Source of the DNA: Firmicutes bacterium UBA3576
GTDB taxonomy: Bacteria; Bacillota; Sulfobacillia; UBA3569
DNA length: 53,857 nucleotides
Direction: 5' to 3'
NCBI GenBank assembly: GCA_002375895.1
Contig: DFND01000019.1
Coordinates: 506 to 54,362 of the forward strand
Part shown: positions 1 to 8,531 of the stretch, one piece after another
How the letters are laid out: the number at the start of each line of letters is the position of its first letter
Numbering within the stretch: position 1 is the first letter of the stretch
Program-made: the position numbers and the translations under genes
The notes under the pieces: generated by a model
Database searches by the model: none
What the model saw: the letters and a program-made list of their open reading frames with translations, nothing else
What the model was told of the DNA's origin: nothing

Positions 1-1
1 G

Positions 2-2149
2 GAGGCCACCTCCATCGCCGCCCTGGAGGCCATGGCCCTGGGCAGGCCAGTCATCGCCTCGGCCGTCGGTGGGCTGAAGGAGATTATCGTCGACGGAGAG
101 ACCGGGTTGCTGGTGCCTGAGAGCGACCCCGGGGCCATCGCTGCCGCCGTGTCCTCGGTCCTGGAGGACCGCGGACTGGCGCAGCGTATCGGCTCGGGCG
201 CCAGGGCGTATGTCTTGAAATACCACACCCACCTGCGGGCGGCCCGTGAAATCCTAAGCTTCGCCCAAGAAGCCAGGCAAGCGGCGGGAAGGAGGTCGGC
301 GGCAGAGAGCACGGCCCACCGGCAAAAGGTGCGGGGCCTGTTTGCCCGTGCCAGCTCCCCCGGACCACGTGAAGTGTACGTGGACGGGCTTCTGGCGCTG
401 CTGGACGACGACCCATCCCGGGCGGATCCCCTCTTCTCCCGCCTGAACATGGCCGGGTTCTCGGAAGGCCTGCTTAACCACGCCCGGGCCAAGGAGAGGT
501 GCGGGAGAAAGCACGAGGCCCGTAGGCTCCTCCGCAAGGCCGGGGTGGCATCACAGCGGTTCACTCGCAGCGCACCAAGGCGGTTGAGCCTATGCTTCCT
601 GGCGGCCCACAACAGGCAGACGGGAGGCGCCAAGGTCTTCTTCGAGCTGGCGAGAGGGCTGGCCAGGAAGGGTCATCGTTGCCACGTCCTGGCGCCGGTT
701 GCACCGCCTGATTGGCTGGACCCGGCTGATCTCGAGTGGATTCAGGCTGCCGATCACAATGAGGTGGTCACCCACTTGAGCCTGGTCGACGTAGCTGTAG
801 CCATGTTCTGGTCCGTTGTCGAGCCGGTGTTCGCGAGCCGGGCGCCGGTGAAGGTGCTTCTCGAGCAGGGCGATCCCAGCCTCTTCGAGGCGGAGCGCTG
901 CGGGTTGAGCAGGCTCGAGGCCATGCTCCGGGCTTACAGGCGGCCCGTGAGCATCGTCGCCGTATCCAAGCATCTCGCCTCGGCCGTCAGGGAGAAGACC
1001 GGCCGGCGGCCCCACGTCTGGCCCATCGGGGTCAACTTACGGGTTTTCAGACCCCCAGAGGATTGGGACCCACTGCAGAGGGGCCGCGAATTGAGGGCCG
1101 GGGCGGAGAGGGGCCAGTGCGAGCCCCGAATCGTCGTCGTGGGGGACGACCGCCACTTCTTCAAGGGCCTGAGAGAGGTGTTCCGGACCGTCCAGGTGAT
1201 GCGGGGGTGGGGATGGAAACCCCGGGTTCTGCAGCTCTCGCCCTCGGGAGAGAGGTTTTACAACTTCGAACGTGATGTGCGGACCGCCCGTAGCGAAGAG
1301 GAGATGGCCCTTCACTACCGCTGGGCCGATTTCTACCTCGGTGCCTCGCACTACGAGAGCTTCTCCCTGCCGGCGCTGGAGGCCATGGCCTGCGGGACCG
1401 CGGTCATCAGCACGGACAACGGCGGCATCAGGGAGTACGGCCGGAACGGCGTAAACTCGCTCATACTAACCCACCGCGACCCGATCGCAATGGCCGAGGC
1501 GCTCAGGTCTCTGGTCCTTGACCCGCAGGCCTACTGCCGGATCGCTCGAGGCGGTGTGGAGACCGCCCGGCCGTTCGGCTGGGAGAGGGCCGTCGACGAG
1601 TTCGAGGCGTATCTCTTGGACCTGTACGTCAATCCAAGGGCCAGGTACACCGTAACCCGGGTTGGGAGCCCACCGCCTGAGAGGAACGGTTTCCTGCCGA
1701 AGGAGGCCCTGCAGCTGGCCCGGTTCCGGGCCGGCAGGTCGGACTGGGATGGTGCCGAAGAGGCGCTCGAGCGAGGCGGGCGACTCGTTGGCCTGAAGGG
1801 TAATTCCGCCCTCATCGAAGGCTTGCACCGGCTGTCGGCTGAATTCGCCGCGGAAGGCGCCTTTGACCTCGCCCTGGAGACCAACCTGCGGGCCCTGCGG
1901 CGAAGTCCGGCAGACGTGGATACCCTCTTCAACCTGTCCCTGCTGTACCTGCAGACAGGGAAGCCCGCCGAGGCGCTCCAGTACTGTCGGAGAGCGCTGA
2001 CCTTGCAAGTTGACAGCGAGATCCTGGAGCTCCTGGCGGCCATCCTCGAGGGAGCCGGAAAAGGTGGCCAGAGCGCTCGCCTCAGGCGTCTGTTGGAGGA
2101 GGGGGTGCCCTCCCTAGAGGAACTTCGCAGGGCGGGTGTAATTGAGTAA
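2..2149 (+). CDS. Multidomain GT4-family glycosyltransferase with C-terminal TPR-like repeats (5'-truncated by window edge)
   Basis: Frame is open from position 2 (EATSIAALEAMALGRPVIAS..GG, GT-B C-terminal motif); second GT4 motif YESFSLPALEAMACG; helical TPR-like tail. Confidence 0.85.
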   Translation, partial: EATSIAALEAMALGRPVIASAVGGLKEIIVDGETGLLVPESDPGAIAAAVSSVLEDRGLAQRIGSGARAYVLKYHTHLRAAREILSFAQEARQAAGRRSAAESTAHRQKVRGLFARASSPGPREVYVDGLLALLDDDPSRADPLFSRLNMAGFSEGLLNHARAKERCGRKHEARRLLRKAGVASQRFTRSAPRRLSLCFLAAHNRQTGGAKVFFELARGLARKGHRCHVLAPVAPPDWLDPADLEWIQAADHNEVVTHLSLVDVAVAMFWSVVEPVFASRAPVKVLLEQGDPSLFEAERCGLSRLEAMLRAYRRPVSIVAVSKHLASAVREKTGRRPHVWPIGVNLRVFRPPEDWDPLQRGRELRAGAERGQCEPRIVVVGDDRHFFKGLREVFRTVQVMRGWGWKPRVLQLSPSGERFYNFERDVRTARSEEEMALHYRWADFYLGASHYESFSLPALEAMACGTAVISTDNGGIREYGRNGVNSLILTHRDPIAMAEALRSLVLDPQAYCRIARGGVETARPFGWERAVDEFEAYLLDLYVNPRARYTVTRVGSPPPERNGFLPKEALQLARFRAGRSDWDGAEEALERGGRLVGLKGNSALIEGLHRLSAEFAAEGAFDLALETNLRALRRSPADVDTLFNLSLLYLQTGKPAEALQYCRRALTLQVDSEILELLAAILEGAGKGGQSARLRRLLEEGVPSLEELRRAGVIE

Positions 2150-2278
2150 CAGGGGGACGGGCTTCGCTCCGGGCGCTGATGGGCCTTCGAACCCCCGGGG
2201 CGACGCTGACGGAGTTCCCGGTGTCCCGGGCGCTTTATCCGTAGCCCCGCCGGGTAGAATCAAAATGGAGGTGTAGCC

Positions 2279-2674
2279 GTGCTCAGCCGCTTGATACTGC
2301 TGTTCGTCACCATCCCCCTCATCGAGCTCTACCTGCTCCTTCAGATGGGACGCTACGTCGGGGCGGGACCGACCGTCGCGCTGGTGATCTTGACGGGTGT
2401 CGTGGGAGCTTACCTGGCCAGGAGCCAGGGCCTCGTGGTCCTCCGCAGGATCAAGAGGACCGTCTCAGAGGGCGAGGTGCCCGGAAACCACATCATAGAC
2501 GGTCTGCTCATCCTGGTGGGAGGTGCCCTGTTATTGACGCCCGGCCTGCTGACGGACCTCACGGGCTTTCTCCTGATCATACCGGCCAGCCGGACAGTGG
2601 TACGCGAGTGGCTGAAGGTGAGGCTGAGAGGCTACGTCGAGGGCAGGGTCGTGTATATCCGTAAGAAACCGTAG
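2279..2674 (+). CDS. fxsA: FxsA family membrane protein
   Basis: IPLIELYLL...ARSQG...LLLTPGLLTDLTG signature; GGAGG RBS before GTG. Confidence 0.9.
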   Translation: MLSRLILLFVTIPLIELYLLLQMGRYVGAGPTVALVILTGVVGAYLARSQGLVVLRRIKRTVSEGEVPGNHIIDGLLILVGGALLLTPGLLTDLTGFLLIIPASRTVVREWLKVRLRGYVEGRVVYIRKKP

Positions 2675-2780
2675 CGAACACTGCCACGTCTATCACGGAG
2701 GCGGGCAAGAGCGCGGAGGAAATCAAACAGATCGCCTATGAGGTGAACGCCCGGTTCAAGGAGAACGTGACTGTCTTGTT

Positions 2781-3117
2781 TTGCAAGGACGCGTTGTTGA
2801 TTTTCAGGCCGATGCGGCGACGACCCTGACCAAGCTGAGGGAAAAGGCCAGGGAAGCGGTCGAAGGGGACGGGGCTGAAGTGGTCATCCTAGGCTGTACG
2901 ATGCAGTTCGGTTTTTACGTCGAACTGCAAGAACATCTGGGGGGTACCCGTCGCAGATCCGGTTGTTTCCTCCTTTAAGTACGCCGAATTCCTGGTGGAG
3001 TTGAGGGACAGGTTCGGATGGAATGCCTCCAAGAGGTGCGGCTTCGAAAGGCCTCCTCTGGAAGAGATAAGGGAGTGGAGAATAGAGGAACAGTACGGGT
3101 TTAAGGGCACCTGGTGA
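2781..3117 (+). pseudogene. Asp/Glu/hydantoin racemase family C-terminal remnant, frameshifted
   Basis: DGAEVVILGCTMQFG motif; +1 G in the G6 run at 2939-2944 moves the continuation GVPVADPVVSSFKYAEFL...GTW* (TGA 3115-3117) to another frame; N-terminal half absent. Confidence 0.75.
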
Positions 3118-3168
3118 ACTCGACTGTCCAGGCTGTCGACCACGATTTTGCGGACAAAACCCCCTTCG

Positions 3169-3204
3169 AGACCAGATGGCCTTGCGCTTAAGGCTATCTG
3201 GTCT
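3169..3204. terminator. 15-bp inverted repeat between convergent genes
   Basis: AGACCAGATGGCCTT-gcgctt-AAGGCTATCTGGTCT. Confidence 0.5.
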
Positions 3205-3267
3205 ATGAATTAAACCGAACCTGGATGCAAACCAGCCGTGCGGGCAATCCATGCCCGCCGCTCAGTC

Positions 3268-4200
3268 TCAGCCCGAACGGCCGCGGGACCTCTCAGGAGG
3301 CGGTAAATTGATGGGCTCTCGCGGCACCGTAAACCGCCCTGGGATCCGGGAGAGGGGGATCTGTTCGCTCAGAGCCTCGTCCTCCGCCCAGCCTCGGACT
3401 GGGGTCTGGGGCGGTGGGCTGGGAGTCACCTCTATCTCAGGCGCGGACGTGGTCGCTACCTCACGGGCCCGGTGAGGGGCACGGCGCCGCCCGAAGAAGT
3501 CCGCGAGCCCGTTGAAGAGGCCCGTGGCGCATTCCTGTCGGAAGTCGGGGTCCAGCAGGAGGTCCTCCTCCTCCGAGTCGGCGTGGACGGCGAACTCGAC
3601 CAGCACTGCGGGGACTCTCCCCAGTGTAGCTAAGAGGACCAGGTAGGGGTCGCCGGGGATCTTGACCGGAGACCAGACGAACTTAGTGCCCCGTCCGGGC
3701 AACCGGCAGGAACCCGAGAGGTGCAGTGACAGCCGCCTCGCTAGATGCCGCGAGCGGCAGGGCGCGGAATAGGAGTAGAGGACCCGCGGGCCTCCTACTC
3801 CCGCGGCCTTGCGCCCGGCGGTGTGCAGCGAGAGAAAGACGTCCGGGCGCCATGCGGCGGCAATCCGTCTCCGCTCCGGCCCGGTGAGCGTGATATCCTC
3901 CTCGCGGGTGAGCTTCACCTCGGCACCGGCCCGCTCCAGCATTGAGCTGAGCAGGAGGGCGATGTCCAGCACCCCGTCAGCCTCCACGAAGCCCCCCCGG
4001 CCCCGGTCGAAACGGTCCTCGCCGCCGTGCCCGGGGTCGAGCAGGATCCTTCTCCCGTGTACCGCCGAGCAGATGTGCAGCCTTCTGCCGTGGCGGTCGA
4101 AGTGCACGGGGATCTCGAGTTCTCTCAGTACCTCGTGGAGGGCCCCGACCACCTCGGCGGGGAAATCCCAACGGGGCTTGTCGTTAAGGTGAACTTCCAT
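3268..4200 (-). CDS. N-acetylmuramoyl-L-alanine amidase (Amidase_3)
   Basis: LLDPGHGG, VEAD, FLSLH and PAVLVEF zinc/catalytic motifs; GGAGGG RBS before ATG 4200. Confidence 0.85.
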   Translation of the reverse strand: MEVHLNDKPRWDFPAEVVGALHEVLRELEIPVHFDRHGRRLHICSAVHGRRILLDPGHGGEDRFDRGRGGFVEADGVLDIALLLSSMLERAGAEVKLTREEDITLTGPERRRIAAAWRPDVFLSLHTAGRKAAGVGGPRVLYSYSAPCRSRHLARRLSLHLSGSCRLPGRGTKFVWSPVKIPGDPYLVLLATLGRVPAVLVEFAVHADSEEEDLLLDPDFRQECATGLFNGLADFFGRRRAPHRAREVATTSAPEIEVTPSPPPQTPVRGWAEDEALSEQIPLSRIPGRFTVPREPINLPPPERSRGRSG

Positions 4201-4301
4201 CGCTGTTCCCTCCAGGGGTTCTCTCGGATTCACCACTTCATCCTATGCACAAAGGGGGTCTTTTCTCTCACGGAGGCCACCGGCCCCTAGGGACAGGCCT
4301 T

Positions 4302-4535
4302 TCACGTCTGACGGGCGTCCGTCAGCCCCAGTTGAAGGAGGTGCTGCCTCAATATTCGGCCCGAGGGCCCCCTCATATCCCTAGAGATCGTTATCAGCCC
4401 CTCCTCCGCCGCCACCTCAACCCTTCTCACTCCGGGGATCCTTTGGACCTCCCTTGCGATTCGTTGCAGGGCGGAGGGCGACAAGAGGCGCAACATCTTG
4501 CTCCTGAAGAGAACCCTCACTCCGATAGGACGCAT
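4302..4535 (-). CDS. Small hypothetical protein, HMA-like fold without CxxC
   Basis: IAREVQRIPGVRRVEV..EEGLITI pattern typical of heavy-metal-associated domains; no cysteines. Confidence 0.5.
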   Translation of the reverse strand: MRPIGVRVLFRSKMLRLLSPSALQRIAREVQRIPGVRRVEVAAEEGLITISRDMRGPSGRILRQHLLQLGLTDARQT

Positions 4536-4638
4536 CCACCTCACCCTTCACTGGATCTCAACCCCGCCTTGGCCGGCCGGGAGGCCCGGGCCTGGGCCGA
4601 GCCTCCCTCCTCGGCCGGTCAGACGGGCCATCTGGGTG

Positions 4639-5271
4639 CTAGTCGTTGTTGTTGTTATCGTCGTTATCGTCGTTGTTGTCGTGGTTAGGGCGGGGCGAGG
4701 GCGTACACTGGGGCGGGAAGAGGGTCGGCGGCGGACACTCGAATTCCTTTGGGAACGCCGTCGGGCACTCCACGGGCTCGCAGAACCCCTTGATGGGCAC
4801 GAGGACCTTGACCCAGGCCTTGACTTCGATGAGCTGGCAGATGTCGACCTGGCAGCAGACGGTGCCGTCGACGATCTCGCAGTCGCCGCAGGAGAAGTCG
4901 GTGATCTCGCACTGAACCTCCGTGCCGGGAGGAGCGCAGAGGACCAGGGTCTCGGTGAGCGTGCGCTGTTCCGTGTCTACGGTGCCGAGGGAGTTCCCGT
5001 ATTGATCGAAGAATCCCAGACGGAGACGGAAACGTTTGCGGATGACCACCCTGGCCAGCCCGCCGCCTATCTGCCTGCGCATCGCGGGGACCTCTTCGCA
5101 GGTGAGGTCGATGATCCTGCACCGGATCTCAGTGGTGCCTTCGGGGATATCTACGTCGAAGCACTCTACTTTGTGCACGTTCCTGAAACAGAAATCGTAA
5201 ACCTTCAGCACCTTGAGGCATTCGATTCTCTTCTTCCGATACTTATCATTCTTGCGGTCCCTATAGTCCAT
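4639..5271 (-). CDS. Cys-rich spore-coat-like morphogenetic protein
   Basis: ECLKVLKVYDFC N-terminus and VKVLVPIKGFC...CPPPTLFPPQC C-terminus resemble Bacillota coat proteins; GAGGAGGTG RBS; Asn/Asp tail. Confidence 0.65.
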   Translation of the reverse strand: MDYRDRKNDKYRKKRIECLKVLKVYDFCFRNVHKVECFDVDIPEGTTEIRCRIIDLTCEEVPAMRRQIGGGLARVVIRKRFRLRLGFFDQYGNSLGTVDTEQRTLTETLVLCAPPGTEVQCEITDFSCGDCEIVDGTVCCQVDICQLIEVKAWVKVLVPIKGFCEPVECPTAFPKEFECPPPTLFPPQCTPSPRPNHDNNDDNDDNNNND

Positions 5272-5373
5272 GGTTTCACCTCCTCGTTTCAGGCTCACTA
5301 TATAGTAGTGCGAAAGAGCCCTATTGGTGACATAATTTACTACTCTGCACTGCCAAACCTAAAGTGTAAAGGC

Positions 5374-5403
5374 TTGTCTACATAGAACTTGACATAATAT
5401 AAT
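5374..5403 (+). promoter_or_regulatory. sigmaA-type promoter for the CAP-domain gene
   Basis: TTGTCT-N18-TATAAT. Confidence 0.55.
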
Positions 5404-5494
5404 TGGCTTGAGGGTGGAACTTGTACCTGGTGCGGAAGCGGCGATAACGTAGGTCTTCGGACACAGACACTGAGCATAGGAGGCGGAGAGAACC

Positions 5495-6346
5495 TTGAGA
5501 TTCAGTCGCAGCACCCTTACCCTACTGGCCCTTACACTAGCGGTGCAACTAGTACTGGCGGCCCTTCCCCTGCCGGCCCTGGCCGGGGAACTTGACCTTG
5601 CGCGGTACTGGGAGCGATACGAGAGCTGGCTCAAGAAGAACGGTATGTACATCGAAAGTACCCCTTCAGAGCCCGCACAGGAGTCACCCTCTGAGGTAGT
5701 CGAGCCACCCCCTGCGGAAGAGCCGCCCTCTGAGGTGGAAGAGCCCTCTCCGGTGGAGCCACCCTCCCCGGTAGAAGTGCCCTCTGAACCCGAACCTGAG
5801 CCAGAGACGGAGCCAGGCGCGGATTATTACTGGCGGATCTGGCTTGAGGCCCACGGGTACGCCACCAGCCAGCCCGCACCGGAGGAGGACACCCGGCCAG
5901 AACCGGCGCCTGTGGAGGAGCCCGCTGACGAGGACACAGAGCAGCCTATTCCCCCATCGGGCCTTTCCTCCGAGGAACAGCAGGTGTTTAATTGGCTAAA
6001 CGCCGATCGGCAGGCCGAGGGAGTCAACGCCCTCTCCTACCATCCCGAGCTCACCCAGCTGGCTCGGCTGCGCGCGGCGGCCATAGCCGAGCTCGGGCAC
6101 CTCGATCACACCCCGCCTGAGTACGGGGCGCCTAACATGCACGTTCGCGAGGCCGGGATCAGCTTCGAGAGCGGCGGAGAGAACCAGGCCAAGGCCGCGA
6201 GCCTGTACGTAGCCTACGCGGCCCTCAAGGCCAGCAACGCGCACCGGAAGAACATGTTCAACCCAGCCTACACCGACGTCGGCATCGGCGTGGCCCAGGA
6301 TGAGAAGGGTTACGTGTACATCGTCCAGTTGTTCATAGAGAGGTAG
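5495..6346 (+). CDS. Secreted CAP/SCP-domain protein with Pro/Glu-rich linkers
   Basis: Signal peptide; LNADRQAEGVNAL, GGENQA, AHRKNMFNPAYTDVGIG CAP motifs. Confidence 0.85.
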   Translation: MRFSRSTLTLLALTLAVQLVLAALPLPALAGELDLARYWERYESWLKKNGMYIESTPSEPAQESPSEVVEPPPAEEPPSEVEEPSPVEPPSPVEVPSEPEPEPETEPGADYYWRIWLEAHGYATSQPAPEEDTRPEPAPVEEPADEDTEQPIPPSGLSSEEQQVFNWLNADRQAEGVNALSYHPELTQLARLRAAAIAELGHLDHTPPEYGAPNMHVREAGISFESGGENQAKAASLYVAYAALKASNAHRKNMFNPAYTDVGIGVAQDEKGYVYIVQLFIER

Positions 6347-6590
6347 GAACACCTCGGTTTACCCCCTGAGATCACGTCGGGGCCCCAGCCCTCTTCGTAG
6401 CTGGGGCTCCGGCTCTTCATCCCCATCGGTAGACGACCCGTCCTCCGTCTTTGCTGCACCCTTCTTCGGGAGGGTTAAAGGAGGAACCTAGAGAAGGTAA
6501 ATAAGAGTTTAGATTTGCTTAAGAAGGCGCTGCTCCCGTGGAACGGGCGGATTTTGTGTAATATAATCGAAGCCGGAGGAGGAGAGCGGC

Positions 6591-6851
6591 ATGCGGATTA
6601 CCCGGGAAATGATCATCGGCGAGGTCGTCTCGCGCCACCCGGAGGTCGCCGAGATCTTCTCGAGATATGGCATGGGCTGCCTGCGCTGTCTGGGCGTCTC
6701 GGAGGAGACCCTGGAGGCGGGCGCCCGTCGTCATGATATCGACGTCGAACAACTAATCGAGGCCCTTAATCAAGCCCTGGGGAGGGAGAGGAATGCACCA
6801 CCTGAAGGAGGAGCCGCGGCTGGTGGCGTGGGAGGCGACCGCGGCCTGTAA
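6591..6851 (+). CDS. DUF1858-domain protein
   Basis: ITREMIIGEVVSRHPE...GMGCLRC...ETLEAGARRHDIDVEQLIEALN; GGAGGAGG RBS. Confidence 0.8.
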   Translation: MRITREMIIGEVVSRHPEVAEIFSRYGMGCLRCLGVSEETLEAGARRHDIDVEQLIEALNQALGRERNAPPEGGAAAGGVGGDRGL

Positions 6852-7845
6852 CCTGGCCTGTGTTCACTGCCGGGCGGAGGCCCAGACCGAACCCGACCCG
6901 GACGAGCTCACCACGGCTGAGGTCAAGCGGCTCATAGACCAGATCGCGGAGTTCGCAAGCCCCATTTTCATCATCACGGGCGGCGAGCCCATGCTGAGGG
7001 AGGACGTCTACGAGATCGCGGCCTACGCGTCGGAGCGGGGCCTGAAGCCGGTGATGTCTCCCAACGGCACCCTGCTCACGCCGGAGACCGTGCAGAAGAT
7101 CAAGGAGGCGGGGGTCAGCAGGATATCGGTGAGCCTCGACGGCTCATCAGCCGAGAAGAACGACTCCTTCCGCATGGTCCCCGGCGCCTTCGACGCCGCC
7201 GTGCGGGGCCTGGAGCACGCCAGGCGAGGCGGGCTCCCCTTCCAGATCAACACCACCGTCACTCGCCGCAACCTGGACGACCTCGAGGCCATGTTTCGGA
7301 CCGTGGTCGACCTGGGGGCGGTGGGCTGGGACGTCTTCATGCTGGTGCCCACCGGCCGGGGCAAGATAGAGGACGAGGTGGCGCCCGAGGAGTACGAGAG
7401 GGTGCTGAATTGGATCTATGACCTGTCCAAGGAGGCCCCGATCCCGGTCAAGGTGACCTGCGGGCCCCATTACCAGCGGATCAGCCGTCTGAGGGACAAG
7501 GAGGAGAGGCTGGTCGGCCCGCCGGGCCACCCGGCCGGCGGGGCCAGGCGTCGGTCCCCCGGCTGCATGGGGGGCAGGGGCTTCTGCTTCGTCTCCCGCG
7601 TGGGCGAGGTCTACCCCTGCGGCTACCTGCCCGTCTCCGCCGGCAACGTGCGCGAGACCCACTTCAGGGAGATATACCAGGGGTCGGAGCTGTTCCGGGA
7701 GCTCAGGGACGTGGACCGGCTCAAGGGGAAGTGCGGTCGGTGCGAGTTCCGCCGGGTCTGCTCTGGCTGCCGGGCCCGGGCCTATGGCGCTTATGGAGAC
7801 TACATGGCCGAAGAGCCCTACTGCACGTACGAGCCCAGGGTCTGA
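6793..7845 (+). CDS. ahbD: Radical SAM/SPASM enzyme, AhbD-like heme b synthase
   Basis: PRLVAWEATAACNLACVHCRAEA (CxxxCxxC); SPASM cysteines GCMGG..VYPCGY..KCGRCEFRRVCSGCRARA..EEPYC. Confidence 0.7.
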   Translation: MHHLKEEPRLVAWEATAACNLACVHCRAEAQTEPDPDELTTAEVKRLIDQIAEFASPIFIITGGEPMLREDVYEIAAYASERGLKPVMSPNGTLLTPETVQKIKEAGVSRISVSLDGSSAEKNDSFRMVPGAFDAAVRGLEHARRGGLPFQINTTVTRRNLDDLEAMFRTVVDLGAVGWDVFMLVPTGRGKIEDEVAPEEYERVLNWIYDLSKEAPIPVKVTCGPHYQRISRLRDKEERLVGPPGHPAGGARRRSPGCMGGRGFCFVSRVGEVYPCGYLPVSAGNVRETHFREIYQGSELFRELRDVDRLKGKCGRCEFRRVCSGCRARAYGAYGDYMAEEPYCTYEPRV

Positions 7846-8384
7846 GCGAGGCCCCGTCTTCTGGCGGGGCCCGTTCTGCCTTTCGCGGCCTCCTGCTGCC
7901 GATCGTCCCCCGGGTTCCCTGTCTGCGCCGGGAAGAGGTCGGGGTGGCCGAGGTGTACGGCGGCGGCGCTCGTGACCAGCCCGTAGGCCAGGTGGTTTAA
8001 CAGGGCCGAGAGGTTGGTCTCGGTCTCCTGGGGGTCGACCTGAAGCATCCTCAAACGGGGAAAGAGCCCATACACCACCTGCCACCAGAGCACCCCCATG
8101 GCCGCGCCCTTGAGGAGGTAATGGTCCCGCCCCGTCCAGCTCAGCAGGTAGACCACGGGCACGCCGCTGAGGGCGCCCCAGGTCATGTCCACCAGCTGAC
8201 CGACGACGAAGTCCTTGGGCTGCCTCACCTTCTCCGGCTCGGCGAAGAGGGAGGCCGCGAGGTGCCCATAGAGGAGCTCCGACCAGCCTTTCTTGTACGC
8301 CAGGTAATCTAGCCCGTCCTTCGCCAAATTCCCCAGCATCCCAGCTGCGAGGCCCAGAACTACCCTGTCCCTTAGTTTGATCAT
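7818..8384 (-). CDS. Four-TM hypothetical membrane protein
   Basis: Hydrophobic helices; GLAAG and NHLAYGL motifs; GAGGTG RBS. Confidence 0.7.
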   Translation of the reverse strand: MIKLRDRVVLGLAAGMLGNLAKDGLDYLAYKKGWSELLYGHLAASLFAEPEKVRQPKDFVVGQLVDMTWGALSGVPVVYLLSWTGRDHYLLKGAAMGVLWWQVVYGLFPRLRMLQVDPQETETNLSALLNHLAYGLVTSAAAVHLGHPDLFPAQTGNPGDDRQQEAAKGRTGPARRRGLAQTLGSYVQ

Positions 8385-8531
8385 GCTGTTCACCTCAGGC
8401 ATAGTATGCCGAGATGAAGCCAGCTTCCATGTTCACGGCCCATGGCAAACTCTGGAATTGAGCGGCCAGCTTAGGCTGGGCAGGAGACCCTCCCCCGATG
8501 GTGAAATCTACCACCAAGGAGGGAGATCGTC

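Noticed and set aside
2152-2190. Fluoride-riboswitch-like GGGGACGGGCTTC..GCTGATGGGCCT
   Set aside because: The linker and P2 stem are missing, and the downstream gene is not fluoride-related
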